Source: Macrostomum hystrix
Lineage: Eukaryota; Animalia; Platyhelminthes
Assembly (NCBI GenBank): GCA_950097015.1
Contig: CATNEN010000010.1
Coordinates: forward strand, 1,488,001 to 1,552,000
Reading direction: 5' to 3'
DNA: 64,000 nucleotides
Shown here: positions 12,960 through 26,600 of the stretch, in pieces
Position numbering within the stretch: the first letter of the stretch is position 1
Layout: each line of letters starts with the position of its first letter
Notes under the pieces: generated by a model
Database searches by the model: none
The model's input: the letters and a program-made list of their open reading frames with translations, nothing else
Told to the model about the DNA's origin: nothing
Program-made: the position numbers and the translations under genes

Positions 12960-13085
12960 TTCTGTTCCTCGTCTATTTTATTCTGTTTACAATCGTCTTC
13001 CGCATGCTGGCCGAATGCGCGAAAGTTCTTCAGCGTCACGTGCTGGACATGTGCGCTTTCCTGCAGCTGGTCGGAGTCCATAGTC
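12960..13085 (+). pseudogene. Degenerate remnant of the nAChR-like M1-M2 exon
   Basis: gcatgctggccgaatgc...ttcagcgtcac...catgtgcgctttcctgcagctggtcgg aligns by eye with exon 5 of the intact paralogs, with several deletions. Confidence 0.55.
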
Positions 13086-13819
13086 CTCAAACGCAAACAG
13101 CGTCTGTTACAGAATCTTTAGACTATTTTGAGACGCCGTATAGACCTTAAGAACTCAAAAAGTCTCTATAGAGTCTCAAACTTATCAAAAAGTAGATTGT
13201 ATCTAAAAATGATCTAAACTGAGCTGTTTTTTGCATTTTGTCATACACATTATCGGCTCACTGGATTCATCGGGTTAAGCTATCACGGCAGATCATATCC
13301 AAACTTTCCAGCCCCGTCCAAAAAATTGCAACCGAAATCCGAATCGTGAAAGCGCTGAAAGCTTGGATGATCAATTTGAATTTATGGATAGCAAAACGCC
13401 TGCTAAGTGCATGATGCTAGCCCGATTTTTTTATCAAATCGTAATCTATGCTCGACAATGTCTTTTTTAGTGGTTCGCAGCTTCTTTCAGAGAACTTACC
13501 TAAGTGGTAAGTTCTGTGGTAAGCTCTGTGGCCTCTATACGCTTACATTTCCTTCTTAGTTTATAATTAACCTACTTTCACATGTCTAAGCATAGTAAGG
13601 CTTGCTTACTATGCTAAAGTTTCAAAATATTTTCGCAGATAAAATGAAGCACTTGCCTAGTGAATTGCGCTCATGACTGTGATCGTTCTAAGTTTCGCCG
13701 ACACACCAAGGATGGGATTTATTGTTCTACAAAATAAAATAAACGAGGAAAATTCGTCGAAGATAGATTCGGGCAGTCATATAAATTAGTCTGCCAGCCC
13801 GAATTTTAAATATTGTGAC

Positions 13820-15817
13820 TTAGTTTTGAACTTTTCCCAGACATTCCCCACGAAATACGACCAGCTGAATCGCGGCCAGACTCATAGAGAGGCTAACGGT
13901 GATCAGTACGAACACTGTGAAGAACACCTTGTCTGCGAGATGCACAACAATGGCCCAGTCGTTGCTGGAACGAAGAGCCGTATTGTCATTGTGGCAAGTT
14001 TGGGATTGCAAGCGAGCCGTATTAGCTGCAGAAGTATTGACTGTCAAGCTGCTCCAACGAGCTAGACGGTTGAGAAAGAGAGCGCGGATTGCCGGATTGC
14101 TCATTGGAACATTGCCGTGCTGCCTGAAGTGGCAACTGAGCACAAATGCATTGCAGAGAACGTTAAAAATTGTCAACAGCAAAGCCGAGCTGAAGTACCA
14201 GGCTATAATGCAATATTCAAAAGGGTTTTAGAGAGCTTTGTGAAAGTGTTAAGGACTGTAGCAAACTGAAATGAATATGCAAGTGGTTCTTACACATGAG
14301 CGTCACTGACTCGCTTTGAGTGGGTGTGTAGTTGCCGGCCAGCTGTAGGAACACGCACATGGACAGCACGATGGTGATGCTGAAGGAGATTCTCTCGCCG
14401 CACTCGGGTGGCATGCGGAAGGCGACGGTAGAGATTGCGAGGAGTAGAAAGCTGGGCAGAATCAGGTTCACGACGTAAAACGTCGACATCCTCTGCAGCA
14501 GAAAAAATAGGGATCAACGCATGATGCGCCTTATTGACTTGCTGGGTGTAAATTGAGCCCTGCTACAAATTATCATTCTGTTCTTACCTGGAATGTTATC
14601 TGGAACTCTGGCACAGTCTGGTATCCAATTCGCGTAGTATCATGAGCAAAACTAATGATGCAAAACTCGTTGCTTTTGGTCAGAAACAGGTCAGTAGAAA
14701 TGTTTTCTAGTGGCGTTACCCTGAGCAAGGTGCTGCCAGTTCTTTCATATGTAGATATCAGCCGCAAAGCGCAGGTCTGCCTATCGAATGGGAATAGGCT
14801 AATCTGCATCTGGCACTTTGTCGTGACTATCAGTCCGTTGTCTCGCTGCACAATGCCGCTGCTGTTCAGCTGAATGAGATCTTGAGCCCTGCCTACGTCT
14901 TTCATGTCAGTTCTGAAATCATTACAAAATTAATTTTCTGTTGACATATATAGAAACTAATGTATGATTATTTTGTTCTTAGGTAGGCATAAGTATTTTT
15001 GTGTCAGGAACTATTAAATTCTCAAAATTGACTACTAAAAAGAGAGTCCCTGATCTGTCTCTAATGGGTTTTGCCTACGCTTCAAAGAACGACACGTCCG
15101 GCTGCCAGAGCAGTCTCGCCGGAAGCACAATGGACTTGATGTTGTCCAGAGTGGAGTTAAATTTGTTTAGCCAGGCCAGACGAGAGTCGGTCCAGAGCTG
15201 AAAGGAGTTCAGCGACTGTGACTGAAATCAACTTGAAACTACCTGAAACCGCTTAATTAATCTATGCATGCATACAACAGAGGTCCAGATTCTTAGGGTC
15301 ACTTCCTGAGCCGTAGAGTCCTGAAATTGGCGGCGTCAGTTTGAAACGAGGTTATTTTTTTATTAATTTTTTTATTAACTACTACTACTGCTAACATTTT
15401 CCACATAATAGGCACTCCTAATGCAAATAGGTTGCAGGTATATTCGCAAGCAGCACCATTCACTAAGTTTATAGCATACCCCACAGGGCGCATTTTTAGA
15501 CTCCAATTGTTTCCTGGCCTTTTGATCTAGGCATATGCAATAGTACTGGGAATTTCGTAGGCTATGGGTAAACTGAGTTCAAGAATTCGTTTAGCATATG
15601 TAAACATGATGCCCAGACTCTCTCACCACTTTGGCTATGCTGTTGAGGTATACAAACAAGTGGATTGTGTTTGCACTGCCATTGTCAGGCGGCGGCCGTT
15701 GTACTCCGTTGCGAGCTTCAGGGCTGCCGCCACCACCTCGTCCGGTGAGGCGCTTTTTGTCCCGACAGCGACCGCCATAGCGGCGGCGACGATAAACAGC
15801 CAGATCGACGAAGGCAT
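13820..15817 (-). pseudogene. nAChR-like subunit (copy D): full six exons, single 10-nt deletion in exon 1
   Basis: Exons 15817-15627, 15320-15276, 15197-15079, 14912-14588, 14492-14294, 14202-13820. Exon 1 is 191 nt versus 201 in copies A and H. TACAACGG-CCGCCGCCTGAC shifts the frame before RPPPDNG. The other exons and splice sites look intact. Cys-loop CQMQISLFPFDRQTC. Confidence 0.85.
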
Positions 15818-16449
15818 CAGTACTGACTGGCGGTCTTTGAAATCAAGGAGCTTCTTAAATTTATAGGGCCACGGGTTCACTATTTGCTATCTGCTATCGG
15901 TGGCGGACATTGCTTACAATCTAACTCATCCGCACTTGGCACTTTCGTACTACGCATTAAATTTCTTCTCAGCAAGGCTGGAGATTTCTGTTTGCTCCTT
16001 GGGCTAAGAAATTGGAAAGTGGAGTGCTTAAAGACTGATTACTCAATAAATACAGGCGCAAATACTTTATTTACGCACAGTAGACAAGTATCTTTTGGAG
16101 ACAGACAGATACAATACAATAACCAAATAAAATTTGGTTCGAAATATTGATCACTTTTTAAAGCAAAGTACACAAAGTTATCCCTGAGCCAACAAGGTCA
16201 TCTGATAAGCTGGAAATTCATTAGACATTGGACTAGTGATGTTTACGCACTGTCACAGCGCTTCACTGTACAAATTAAATCTGATAATAATTAACATGGA
16301 ACTCGGTGCACTGAATTGAGTTTTTATGACTCCAGGTACTAAAATAGCTGGCATCCTGGATAGGCTTCACTGCGAGCTTAAATCTAACGACAGCCTGTTC
16401 AAGTGTCGATGAGCTGACCTTGTTAATCAGCTTCTTCTTAGCACTAGCC

Positions 16450-18130
16450 ATGTCTTCTTTATATTTTATCATAGTGTGTGCACTTCTTTCAACGCTGCCG
16501 CTCAACAGAGCGGATGCTGGGCCTGCCTCGCCAGATAGTGCAGTGGTGGCAGCGCTGAAGCTGGCTACGGACTACAGCAGCTGGGTTCGTCCACCACCTG
16601 ACAACGGAACGTCCAATACAGTGCATGTCTACATATACATCAGCAGTCTGGTCCGAGTTGTGAGTACATTCTGAACATTCGGCAGTCAAGATTGTAGCAA
16701 CTTTGCATTGAATTTAATTTTTAGGACTCGACAGCGCAGGAGGTGACTTTGCAGATCTGGATCATGAAGGTACGAATACAGTGCCCCTTAGAAAAACTAT
16801 TAATTCGTATCCTGGGAGCAGAAAAGCATGACTTAGAATGAAATGCCACCTGCAATGGGTAGACGGTCGTCTGGCATGGCTGGGAAGATTCAGCGCAATA
16901 TTGGACCAGGTGAAAAACATCCTCCTGCCAGCCGATGTTCTCTGGCGACCGGATGTAACTCTTGTCAACGTGTAAGATTTGAATTACCTGTCTGAGGGGC
17001 CTCGTTGAGTGAACACGATCGTATAATAGTTGTATAAACTTTGAGAGACAAGTTCAGTTTAAAGGACGAGAGCACCCCTTGGAGACTAAGTGGCTTTGAG
17101 AATCTCTAAACTTAAAACTTTAATGCAAAACTAAAAAAATCCCATAGTCGTATATAGATTCCGGCTGTTCGAGCGTCCCAAAAAAGTGAAATGGAGATTA
17201 TAGTTCACAAAGTTCATGGGACGCAATGTTAAGAGCATTGAAATCCACCAATTCCCTATAGCATGGAGCAAAAGAACGCCTCCATTGAAACTTCTCCCGC
17301 GCTGGTCTTTCAAAATGGCAGCGTCCTGCATGCGAAAGAGATTGCTGCTACCTCCAAGTGCCGAATGCAAATGGAAAATTTCCCATTCGACGTGCAGACG
17401 TGCAAATTTGCAGTCTCGTCAAGGATGCAGATGCAGGAGAATATGAGACTGGTTGCCTCGTTAAAGCCTTTCAGCGGAATAATAGTTCGAAATACAATAC
17501 AAAACAATGAATTTTTGCGTCCTGGGCGTACATCTGACGCAATACGAGGATGAAAAATACGGAACCGGCACAATCGAACTGAGCATTGAGTTTTAAGTAC
17601 GTAGGATGTCTAGTGTCTAACTTGAATTGTTCGAACAAAACGTATACATAGATCTGAAAAACTCGACCATACTTATGCTAATGCGCCTAAAAATATGTAG
17701 AGAAAGCCATCTTTCTACGTGGTGAACTTGATGCTGCCCTGCGTTCTACTCCTCGCCATCTCCGCTGTTGTCTATCGTCTGCCAGCCGGGTGCGGTGAGA
17801 GAGTCTCCTTCAGCGTCACCATCGTGCTGTCCATGTGCGTGTTCCTGCAGCTGGCCGGTAATTACACGCCGATGCAGAGCGAGTCAGTCCCACTTATTTG
17901 TGAGTCCCACATTTATTGACTTTACTTTTGCATCGACTCTCAGTACTTAACGCTGGAGTAAAATCCTAACTGCAGCATGGTACTTCACCGTGGCCGTTCT
18001 GGCAACTATGTTGAATGTAGGCTGCAACGCGTTCGTTCTTAACTGTTACTCTAAGCAGCATGGCGGCTCTCGCGTCAGCAATCGACTCCTCCGTGCGCTT
18101 TTTCTAAATAAGCCGGGAAGATCTTTCTGA
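16450..18130 (+). pseudogene. nAChR-like subunit (copy E) with several lesions
   Basis: Exons 1-2 intact (16450-16659, 16725-16769). The expected exon-3 acceptor is TG not AG (16851-16852). Exon 4 has an extra T in GAATTTTTGC (~17510). The last exon stops at TGA 18128-18130, before M4. Cys-loop CRMQMENFPFDVQTC. Confidence 0.82.
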
Positions 18131-18699
18131 AGCAAGCAGCCGAGTCTAATGCCAGAGAAATGCAATCAGGAGACCCTGCGACCATTGACAAATCTAGCAT
18201 CGGTGAAAACGAGCGTCTGTTGGATGGCAGCTCTAGTAATTTTCCATGCGTCCAGTGTGCGAGGGCCCTGCAAAGATTTTTAATTGAAGTCTTATGGCGG
18301 CAATGAAGCGCAAAATTACCTGAAAAAGACCCGCGGGCTTTTACTTAGATGAATGAGTAAGCGTAGCGGCGAACCTCGTCGCTCAAACGCACACACATAA
18401 ACACGATCTCTCTGTCTCTCAATGCTGGAGTTCAGGAGTTTTGCGCGAAAATTTGACGCTTCCAAAAACGCAGCTACAATTGCCAGAAATTGGCTCTTAT
18501 GAATTAAAATGCGCCACTAAAGTCCAAATAATACCACTTGTGCTTTTATTTCTTTAGGACTTTATATCAATGTTAAAGAAAAGTATCTTATAAAAAAGTC
18601 TTCAAAAAGTAGGAAAATACGGTAAAAAAAGTCTGTACTCGCGAGGATTTCCGCCGTTCATTTACTGCGGTACTGGACCTGTGGTACATTCATTTACAC

Positions 18700-18935
18700 C
18701 ATTTGGTGACTCTAGGCCCGCAGCGAGCGAGGAGGCAATTCTTCCCTTTTCACTGACCTCACGCATACAGATACAGTACGCAGGCAAACACTCACAGTTT
18801 TGTACATCTGCCCTGACCTTCTCATCGTCAGCAAGCAGTTTGCACTCTTACTGCGCCTAGGTGGTTGGCCCTATAGGGCATAAATTGCACGACATGCCCC
18901 CAAACCCTCTCTCCGCGGCTGCGCCCCAAATGAAT
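18700..18935 (-). mobile_element. tRNA-derived SINE family copy (5'-truncated)
   Basis: Shares the TGTCGTGCAATTT, TGACGATGAGAA and GAATTGCCTCCTCGCT blocks with the copy at 34383-34715. Confidence 0.7.
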
Positions 18936-19129
18936 GATAGTTTGGTTCAAGTTTTTCAACTTTGATCTATCGTCTATCGAAGTGACTTATTGAAAATTCT
19001 GTTGAGAGCCGAGGTCAAGGCCGTCGCTGCCGCGACAAAATAAATAAAAATAAATTGGATTTTTTCTTTCGAAAGAAAGTTGTTGGCTTACAATTAAAAG
19101 TAAATACAGTGAAATTCAAGCTATTAGTG

Positions 19130-20248
19130 CAGCGGTTCTCAACCTTTTTTTCATGCGACCCTAATTTATTCCCTTGCATCTTTTTTGTCTGTTTGCGACC
19201 CCTTTTATAAGCATGCGACCACGCGATAGCCAGCGAACTTTGGTGTGGAGAAGGAGGGAACTGTGCTCAGCCCCCATTTTCTCGCACAGCGCTGTGAACA
19301 GTCGATGATTCAGAGGTCGGCTTTTGATGAAATTCACCACGGGAACGTCTGTCAAGACGGCGTGGAGGTCAGCTGACAAGTCTTTGGCTGCCAGTGCTTC
19401 ACGATGGTGAAGCAATGTGTCCAGCTAGCGTCAGGCGCGACATCTTGGATGCGTTTCACAGCACCACTGTTCTTTCCTGTGCACGCTGCCGCTCCATCTG
19501 TGCACACAGCGGTTCAGTGATACCAACTGATGGAATTTGACGCCTTAACCTTCTCCATAAAGTATACTTGCGTGGCTTAGTCACAACTTCAGGGTGCTGG
19601 GTTTGCAGATGGCGCTTGACTTTTTTTGTTTCGTTGACTCCTTGACGATGTGACTTCGCAGATAAGACATTGTGGTTGTTCATTCGCAGTTGTGAAACTC
19701 AAGAAATGCTTCATTATAACTGCGCTTAGGCGAGTTTCAGACGATGCCATTAACAACAGATGAGATTGAATATCTGAGCAGATGCCTCTCTACTCCTAAT
19801 CTAACCCTAATCCTAAGCAGGATATTGTGCCTCCAATCGGCTAAGCCAAAAGGAACGGGAATGCGTTTGAATGTGGGGGTGGATTGGTGAGAGGAGTTCC
19901 TCCTCTGGGTAAGGAGTTGCGATCGTTCATTTTAAACTCGCTGGGGTAAGGTAGAAGGGAGACAGTGTGACTCAGCCCATATCTAGCAGAACAGGCTTAG
20001 CTTGCGATTGCGTGCATTTTTGTGTTGTGACTTCAAGTTGAGTGCTAGGCCGCTAGTGCTATAGCCATTGCAATGTAGCTAACAGCCTTTGACTAACTTT
20101 TACTTTTACTGAAATGTTTTACTCTAATATCTCTAAAGGGTTCTTCTCCCCAAAAAAATTCATTTTTTATTTTTCTTTTTGCTGTGACCCCCAGAAAATG
20201 GTCACGCGACCCCACTGGGGGTCGCGACCCACAGGTTGAGAGCCACTG
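19130..20248 (-). mobile_element. Non-autonomous hAT (Buster/Charlie-type) deletion derivative, copy 1
   Basis: TIRs CAGCGGTTCTCAAC...GTTGAGAGCCACTG. 8-bp TSD TATTAGTG at 19122-19129 and 20249-20256 (central TA). Transposase scraps HREALAAKDLS and KRHLQTQHP. Confidence 0.92.
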
Positions 20249-20693
20249 TATTAGTGCACCATGCTGCAGGCAATAGCACGAACATGGAATTTCAATTTGG
20301 CTCTGGTGTAAACCCGTTAGTTCTGTCGAAAAAGGACGATTTAAAGACCAAAAGACAACTTTAAAAGACTAAGCATTATTATTTTAGCTGTGGAATATTT
20401 TGGTCAGTTTCATGGTAACAACACAAAAATAGCTCTTTCGCACTCAAAACAGACAGATCCTATCGTGAAATGTAACAAATTAGTTTTATCTCACAAATAT
20501 CCATTGACAATAGCTTGTAGTAGGGATGGAGATTTAGTATTTGGGGGACTCTCATTGTTAAGGAGTCAATTAGTTCAATTATATTTTCATAGTATGAGTT
20601 GCTAGACATTACAGTATTCTGCATAGGGCCACGGGCGGCGAATCGTAGCTCGTAAGCAGGAATCCAGAAATGGTAGTTCCAACCAGTTGATGT

Positions 20694-23075
20694 TCAGTGC
20701 CAACGTCCCTCCATACAGTCCGATTGAGACATGAAAATCGCTGCGCATGCGATGAAAATTGTCAGCCCTATTGACAATCCCAGAAATATGATGCAAAAAG
20801 CCCGATCTGCCACAGAGGTGACAATTTTCCACTCGTTTAAATTAGGATTCGCCGAACCTTCTTTGACTGACGATTGAGAGCTCGAATTAGCTGAATCATT
20901 CGAAGCAACGCCATTACTTCGCTTGACAGCAAAGCGATTGAGAAAGAGGGCGCGGATCAGCCGGTTGGTGACGCGAGCGCTGGTGTACTGCTTAAACTGG
21001 CACTTGGTGACGAATGTGTTGCACAGTACATTTAACATTGTCAGCAGCACAGCTGCACTGAAGTACCAGGCTGAAGTGGGTTTGTAGCATTGCTGCTGAA
21101 GGTATTTCAGAGAATGCTCAATACATATTGATGAGCAATTAGCATCACTGAACTCACTGATGAGTGGCACACACTCGCTCTGAGTGGGTGTGTAGTTACC
21201 GGCCAGTTGCAGGAACACGCACATGGACAGCACGATGGTGACGCTAAAGGAGACCCTCTCACCGCATTCAGGAGGCAGACGGAAGGCCACGGCGGAGATA
21301 AGAAGCAGCATTACACTGGGAAAGATCAGGTTTATCACGTAGAAGGCCGATCTTCGCTGAAGCAGGTGAGATTGCCGATATGAAAAAATCTTTCTTGCAG
21401 AATGACCGTGGGCATTAGCACATATTTTAGTGACAGTAGACCTATACAGCCAGCAAGAGGCTGGCTCCTACTACTAACTACTGACTCCGGAATATACTGG
21501 ATTCAGCCTGAATGTACAGTCTACTGGCGCAGACAAATTAGGCGAAGGCACACACTCAGACAGGGGTGTACATCTGCCCTGAATTTTCGTTTCAGAAGAG
21601 CTATTTACGATATTGTGTATTGTATATTGTGTACAGTTACTGGTGCCCCCCAAGGACGTAATTTGCACGACAAGCCTCCAAGCCTTTTCTTCACGGCTTT
21701 GCCCCATATAACTGTGGCCTCGCTGATGATTAAAGCTCAGGGACCTTGGTGCGAGAGGCAGACGTATCGACCGCTCTGCCACTCACACCCTAGTGATTGG
21801 CGACACTGTTGCCTAAACTTGCACAGGACAAATGTTCTGTCTTACAACTCCTCGCTTTTAAATTAAGCAAACGCTTCTTCTTTTAACAAGAAAACCCACA
21901 AAGAACTCACTCGAAAATAAATAACGAATTTGACGCTGCCGATACCGAGTTGATTTTCCACATCCAATGTCAGTTTTTTTATGCAGAACTCATTGTTATT
22001 CAGCATATAAGTTGAAACGTCGTCGCCCTCATACCATGGCTTTACAGCAAACTGCATCGTACTTTCGTCTTGCAGTCTCGAATAAATCCTCAGGACGCAT
22101 TCTTGCGAATCGAATGGAAAGTAGTTGAGCTTCATGCTACACTTGAATGTACTGAGCAGCTCCTGCCCATGCAATAGGTCGCCTTTGCTACTTATTTTGA
22201 CCAGTCCATCTCCAACGGAAACTTCTTTAAGCTCGATACTAAAAATATGAGGAATTGGTGGGGGCGAGTGGCGGAGCGGCAACGTTCCAATTCTCACATC
22301 AGAGTGTGAAAGTCCCAGAGACCCATGACGCCCATGAGGGCAGACTCCTCAAGGTACAGTGATAGTGTACCATCCACTAAGGGGTCAGCGGAAAAGGCAG
22401 AATTGCCTCCTCGCTGGCTGCAGGTCGACTGATTTTCATTCATGCGTCAGTGTACACAGCCCCCAGCGAACAGTACTATTAATGATGATAATTTAAATAA
22501 TTTTGGTTTTGTGGAGTGTCTCAGTTCTGTGAATCTTATTCAGAAAACTAAGCAGAAATCTCACGCATTATAAACTGAGGCATCCGGTTTCCAAACCATG
22601 TTTGGGGGCACAAAGATTGAAGTCACATTATCTAGGCTTGAATTGAACTTCCCAAGCCAGGCGAGGCGTGGGTCCAGCCACTTCTAAAAAGTAAAATTGC
22701 GAATCAATTCAGCATTTTCACAGTTCATTTCTTCAAGCTTGCAAATAAAAAATGCAACCTTCTCAAGCCAGAACTTCAGCGTCACCTCCTGCGATGCTGA
22801 ATCCTGCAAAGGGAAATAATTAGGGGCCAAACTTCTTCCTATCTTAAAAGTAGACCAGTATTTCTCACCACTTTTACTAGACTATTGACATAGACAAAAA
22901 TAATGACAACAATGGTGCTCCCGTTGGTAGGTGGCGGCCGCGCGGCGCTGTTGTATTCAGTGGCGAGCTTCAATGCCGACATGACCAACTCGTCTGTTGA
23001 AACCTGCGCAGCAGCCTCGACAGCGATCGCCGCCACGGCTGCCGTGAGGATGATGATAGCTCCTAGAGTCAGCAT
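20694..23075 (-). CDS. nAChR-like Cys-loop subunit (copy F), intact, ~424 aa
   Basis: Exons 23075-22869, 22803-22759, 22683-22565, 22238-21911, 21356-21158, 21070-20694. Same sizes and phases as the paralogs. Cys-loop CSMKLNYFPFDSQEC. Confidence 0.92.
21555..21790 (-). mobile_element. tRNA-derived SINE copy in intron 4 of copy F
   Basis: Reverse strand begins GGGTGTGAGTGGCAGAGCGGTCGATACG...TCTCGCACCAAGGTCCCTGAGC, matching the head at 34383. Confidence 0.75.
22330..22415 (+). mobile_element. Partial SINE copy in intron 3 of copy F
   Basis: GCCCATGAGGGC...AAGGTACAG...GTGTACA and GGCAGAATTGCCTCCTCGCTGGCTGC blocks are shared with the other copies. Confidence 0.65.
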
Positions 23076-23859
23076 GCGGAACTCTTGCTGAATCAGGAGC
23101 TGTAATGTTTCCAGCTAACCAAGCTTTGATTCTGCAGCTTTCAGAGACTAGCTATGATCAGGCGCAAATATTTCAGAGTTAGAGAAACTGGAATGATATA
23201 GATAAGCTTCTAGTTACAGCTTCAGTTAACTGGCTACTGGTTGGTACTGTTTGATTTTTCAGCCACCAAGCCATCACAAAGTCAAATATTTGCTGTCGAG
23301 CATTAGCCAGAAGCAGATGAATTTATCCGCACACATTTTCGCAAACCGTCAGCAGACCGTCACATAGCAAACATTTGTTAGCAGACCGTCATGCGACGCC
23401 TGCAGTATCTGTAGTGTAAAGTTGCATGAAACAGCTAATGTAATATGCTCCAACTATGCTCCAACCGTCCTAGATGGTTAACCAATGGGTGCTGGTAAGT
23501 TTGCAAACACCCACAAACTGCGGAAAGCTTTCGGTGCATTCAAACTGTCCTCCGCACTAATTGGGACCTCCAAGTTTCAGAGAGTACCTTCGAGCTTTCG
23601 AAACGTAAGACTTGATACTCTTGGTGCGTATTGCACAGGAGACTGCGAGATTTCAGTTTATACGAGTAAATATTGCACTGATTAAGAGGCCTAGAAACAA
23701 CTTCGATACCAAATACAAACTATTGACTCGCTTGTAAAAGAATACTAGCTCGTACATTATCTCAAATAAAAGGCCATCGAGATCGAGTTGGTCTACAATC
23801 GCTTTTTATCAAGATATACCCATTAAGCAACAAAAAATCTAGGCTGTTGCTCCCGTTCA

Positions 23860-24370
23860 TCCAGCTGCGATCCCCAAGCCTTGAAAACATTCAGTACATT
23901 CTGATGCCAGCCAGCAAGGTCTGGGAGCCGGAGCCGGAGCTCACTGTGCAATGCGAAAAGAATAAAACTAAGCTTAAATACATGAGTACATGCTAATCAC
24001 AGTTTGCATTACCATCGACGTAAAAGCAAGGACTTTGGAACCAGCACCAATTTGTTTAAGGCCGGTGTATTGGCTTAGGACAGTGACGCAAGCTTCCGAA
24101 TGGAAAGGAATTCCAGTTTCACATACGCAAGAGCCCGTTACGAGCATTGCAATGCACTAATGGCAAAATCACTGAACATCATTAAAATCCTAAAAACAGC
24201 GCCAGTCAACATTCTACCTCGTGAAACCAATGCTGCCCTGCGTCCTCCTTCTTGCCATCTCCGCCATCGCCTCCGAATGCTTCCTTCAGCATCGGCTGTC
24301 TATGTGCGCGCTCCTGCAGCAGGCCAGCAACTACACCGCCACACAGAGCAGACCATGGCCATCTCCGAGT
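23860..24370 (+). pseudogene. Heavily degenerate nAChR-like gene (copy G): remnants of exons 3 and 5
   Basis: LENIQYILMPASKVWEPE at ~23880-23935 resembles exon 3. 24198-24355 resembles exon 5 (TTCTACCTCGTG...ATGCTGCCCTGCGTCCTCCTTCTTGCCATCTCCGCC...AACTACACC) with deletions. Confidence 0.65.
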
Positions 24371-25859
24371 CAGCTGATTTCACTCTGTAACTTTTTACAA
24401 TAAAGTTATTTTACTAAATAACTCTGTATATTTTACCGTGTCAGTTCTGATGACGCCTTCGCGCTCAGCTTCGTGATCATTTGCGCGGTAATTTTTATCC
24501 GTATCTTTATTCGTCAGACTTTCGAAACAGAATGCAGCAGCGACCGACAGCAGGGAGCGTCAGTCCCTGGGTGATGCTTCTAAGCTTCAAGAAAGTTATT
24601 GGGCAGCTACTGGGGCTTTAGTGGGATAAACTGCCTGTATTCATGCTGCAAAAGTTATTAGCGGTCAAAATGCTGAAAGATTTTGGCACTTAAACTTTAC
24701 ACTTGAGCATGGAATGCTCTACTCGTATATACCCGTAGCGTTCCTCGCAAGAGGAGCTCAACTGGACAGGAAGTGAAAGTCTACCGGGTACAACATACCA
24801 GTCAACTTTTAGCCCTGAGAATCTATCGGATTTTTTGATTGGCTGAGCGCACGCACTTAAATTTATCCAAGCTTAGTAGATAAGGATCAACTGGACATTA
24901 AGACAACGGACTCTGCGAACATTTTCAACTTTTTCTTCATGCTCACACGTTATTTTGTAAATAAAATGCGACCTATTTGAACCAGTTCCAACCAGTTTTT
25001 AACCCGCTTTGCGCTGATTGGCTGGCCTAGCAGCGCATGTGTGGGCGCGCTAAACTGCTTTGGCCCCACCTCCTCCCTGCACCGCACCGTCTCTATATTA
25101 ACTGCTCGCTGGCAATGGAAAATCCACTTATGCTACTGTTTTACAGAATTACGATATTACCTTCGGGTATAATACAAGAGAATTAGAATTAATTTGTAGA
25201 ATTCAGCTCTCTGGTGCCAAGGAGGCAGCCCACAGCCATGAGTGGAACATTGTCCTTCTTGCAGCTGATCGAGCTTTCTTTATTGCGTTCATTCTTACAC
25301 CCTGGCTATTGCGACTAGCCCAGTTATCATGCAGTTGAATACACGCAGTGCAGTCTGTGTAGGCGAGTTGGCCGTATAAAACTGTCATGCAAAAATCGGT
25401 AAAAGCGTACACCACTTTTCGTGCCGTCAAATACCGGAGCTAGTTTATATTTTTAGCTTTTTTATTACTGCGCGCGCATACTTTACGTTGCTCGCTAAAG
25501 TGACAGAAGGGCCTTTTTCTATCACACTCAATATGGCTTGTATTATCACCTTTCTGTTCTGTCCACACTACCCAAAGAACGATTTTCAATCCGAAACTGT
25601 GAAAACTTGTCGGGCTGAAAAATATACACTACACCTTTTTAATTTCAGTTTCAACTAAAATCAAGTTTGCGGAACTCAAATATATGGCTGGTTTGCGCAG
25701 TGGCACTAACCAAAGTTTGTATTAACTGCCACCCCCTACCGCGGCTTGCGTCCCCTCCGCTGAGGTGGGAGTTTATTTATGTCATGGCATGGCTTGTGTA
25801 GCCCAACTGCCTTGGTCAGATTTTTTATGCCACGCAGTAACTTTTTTGAGACAGCTGAG

Positions 25860-26600
25860 TCATGTCTGACAACGTTTCTATGACTGTGGAAGAACTGCTT
25901 GCGAACGGCCTGCAAACAAAAGGTAACGAACGAGCAATGCAAGAAGCACTCGTGCAATCGGAGTCCCATGGCGCATCAGTATCAGTCTCAGGACTCATGA
26001 AGGATCCGGACGGTGACGGTTCAGCAAGGACGCGGGAGCTCACCGTGATACCATCCTACGATGGGAGGATGGTGGCAGGAGAGACATATGGGACCGGCGA
26101 CCTGGACCGCGATCTGTTGGTGGCTGTGATTCGTCAGCTGGGCCACCGAGTCGAGGAGCCTCTGCGGAAACTGGCGAATGCTTCGGCGCCCGGTGAGTAC
26201 CCCTGTTTTGACGATTCCATGCACCTGGGCGTGCACCCATGGCCAAAAAGATTGATAAGATGCGGTAGTTAGCTCAGCAAAACTCTAATGCGCACTGCAT
26301 CGGGTGCTCGATTTCATCGGGATCGAGCAAGTCGAGTCAGGCAGAAAAGCAGATCGACTTAGACGGTCTGCCGGGTTGGCGAGTGGATCACCAGCAACGC
26401 CAACGCGCTGATACAGATGCTCAAATACAGCAGGCTGCTGGTTCGAAGGCAAGTTTTTCACAGCAAGCTGTCAGATAACGAGTTTATGCTAAGCGCTTCA
26501 TCTTCCACGCCTTGAGTGCAACTCCTAAGTCAGAAGGCGGCATTCGACTCATTCATGACGGCAGTCAACCTGAAGCCAATGCCGTCAATGACCAGTAAAT
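25860..26600 (+). mobile_element. Degraded DIRS/Ngaro-like (tyrosine-recombinase) retrotransposon fragment
   Basis: 26500-26598 translates IFHALSATPKSEGGIRLIHDGSQPEANAVNDQ*, resembling the ALGAIPK..GGIRLIHD.S.P...AVND RT N-terminal motif of this class (family assignment from memory). The upstream ORF 25862-26272 is of uncertain origin. Confidence 0.55.

Noticed and set aside
22397-22415. The SINE block GCCTCCTCGCTGGC matches the HDV genomic ribozyme P3/L3 (GCC-UCCUCGCU-GGC) as I recall it; also seen at ~60292-60307
   Set aside because: I could not build the rest of the nested double pseudoknot. The best 7-bp P1 is mismatched and GU-rich, there is no GG after it for P1.1, and no convincing P2 or J4/2. 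An RNArobo/Infernal scan plus a cleavage assay would settle it.
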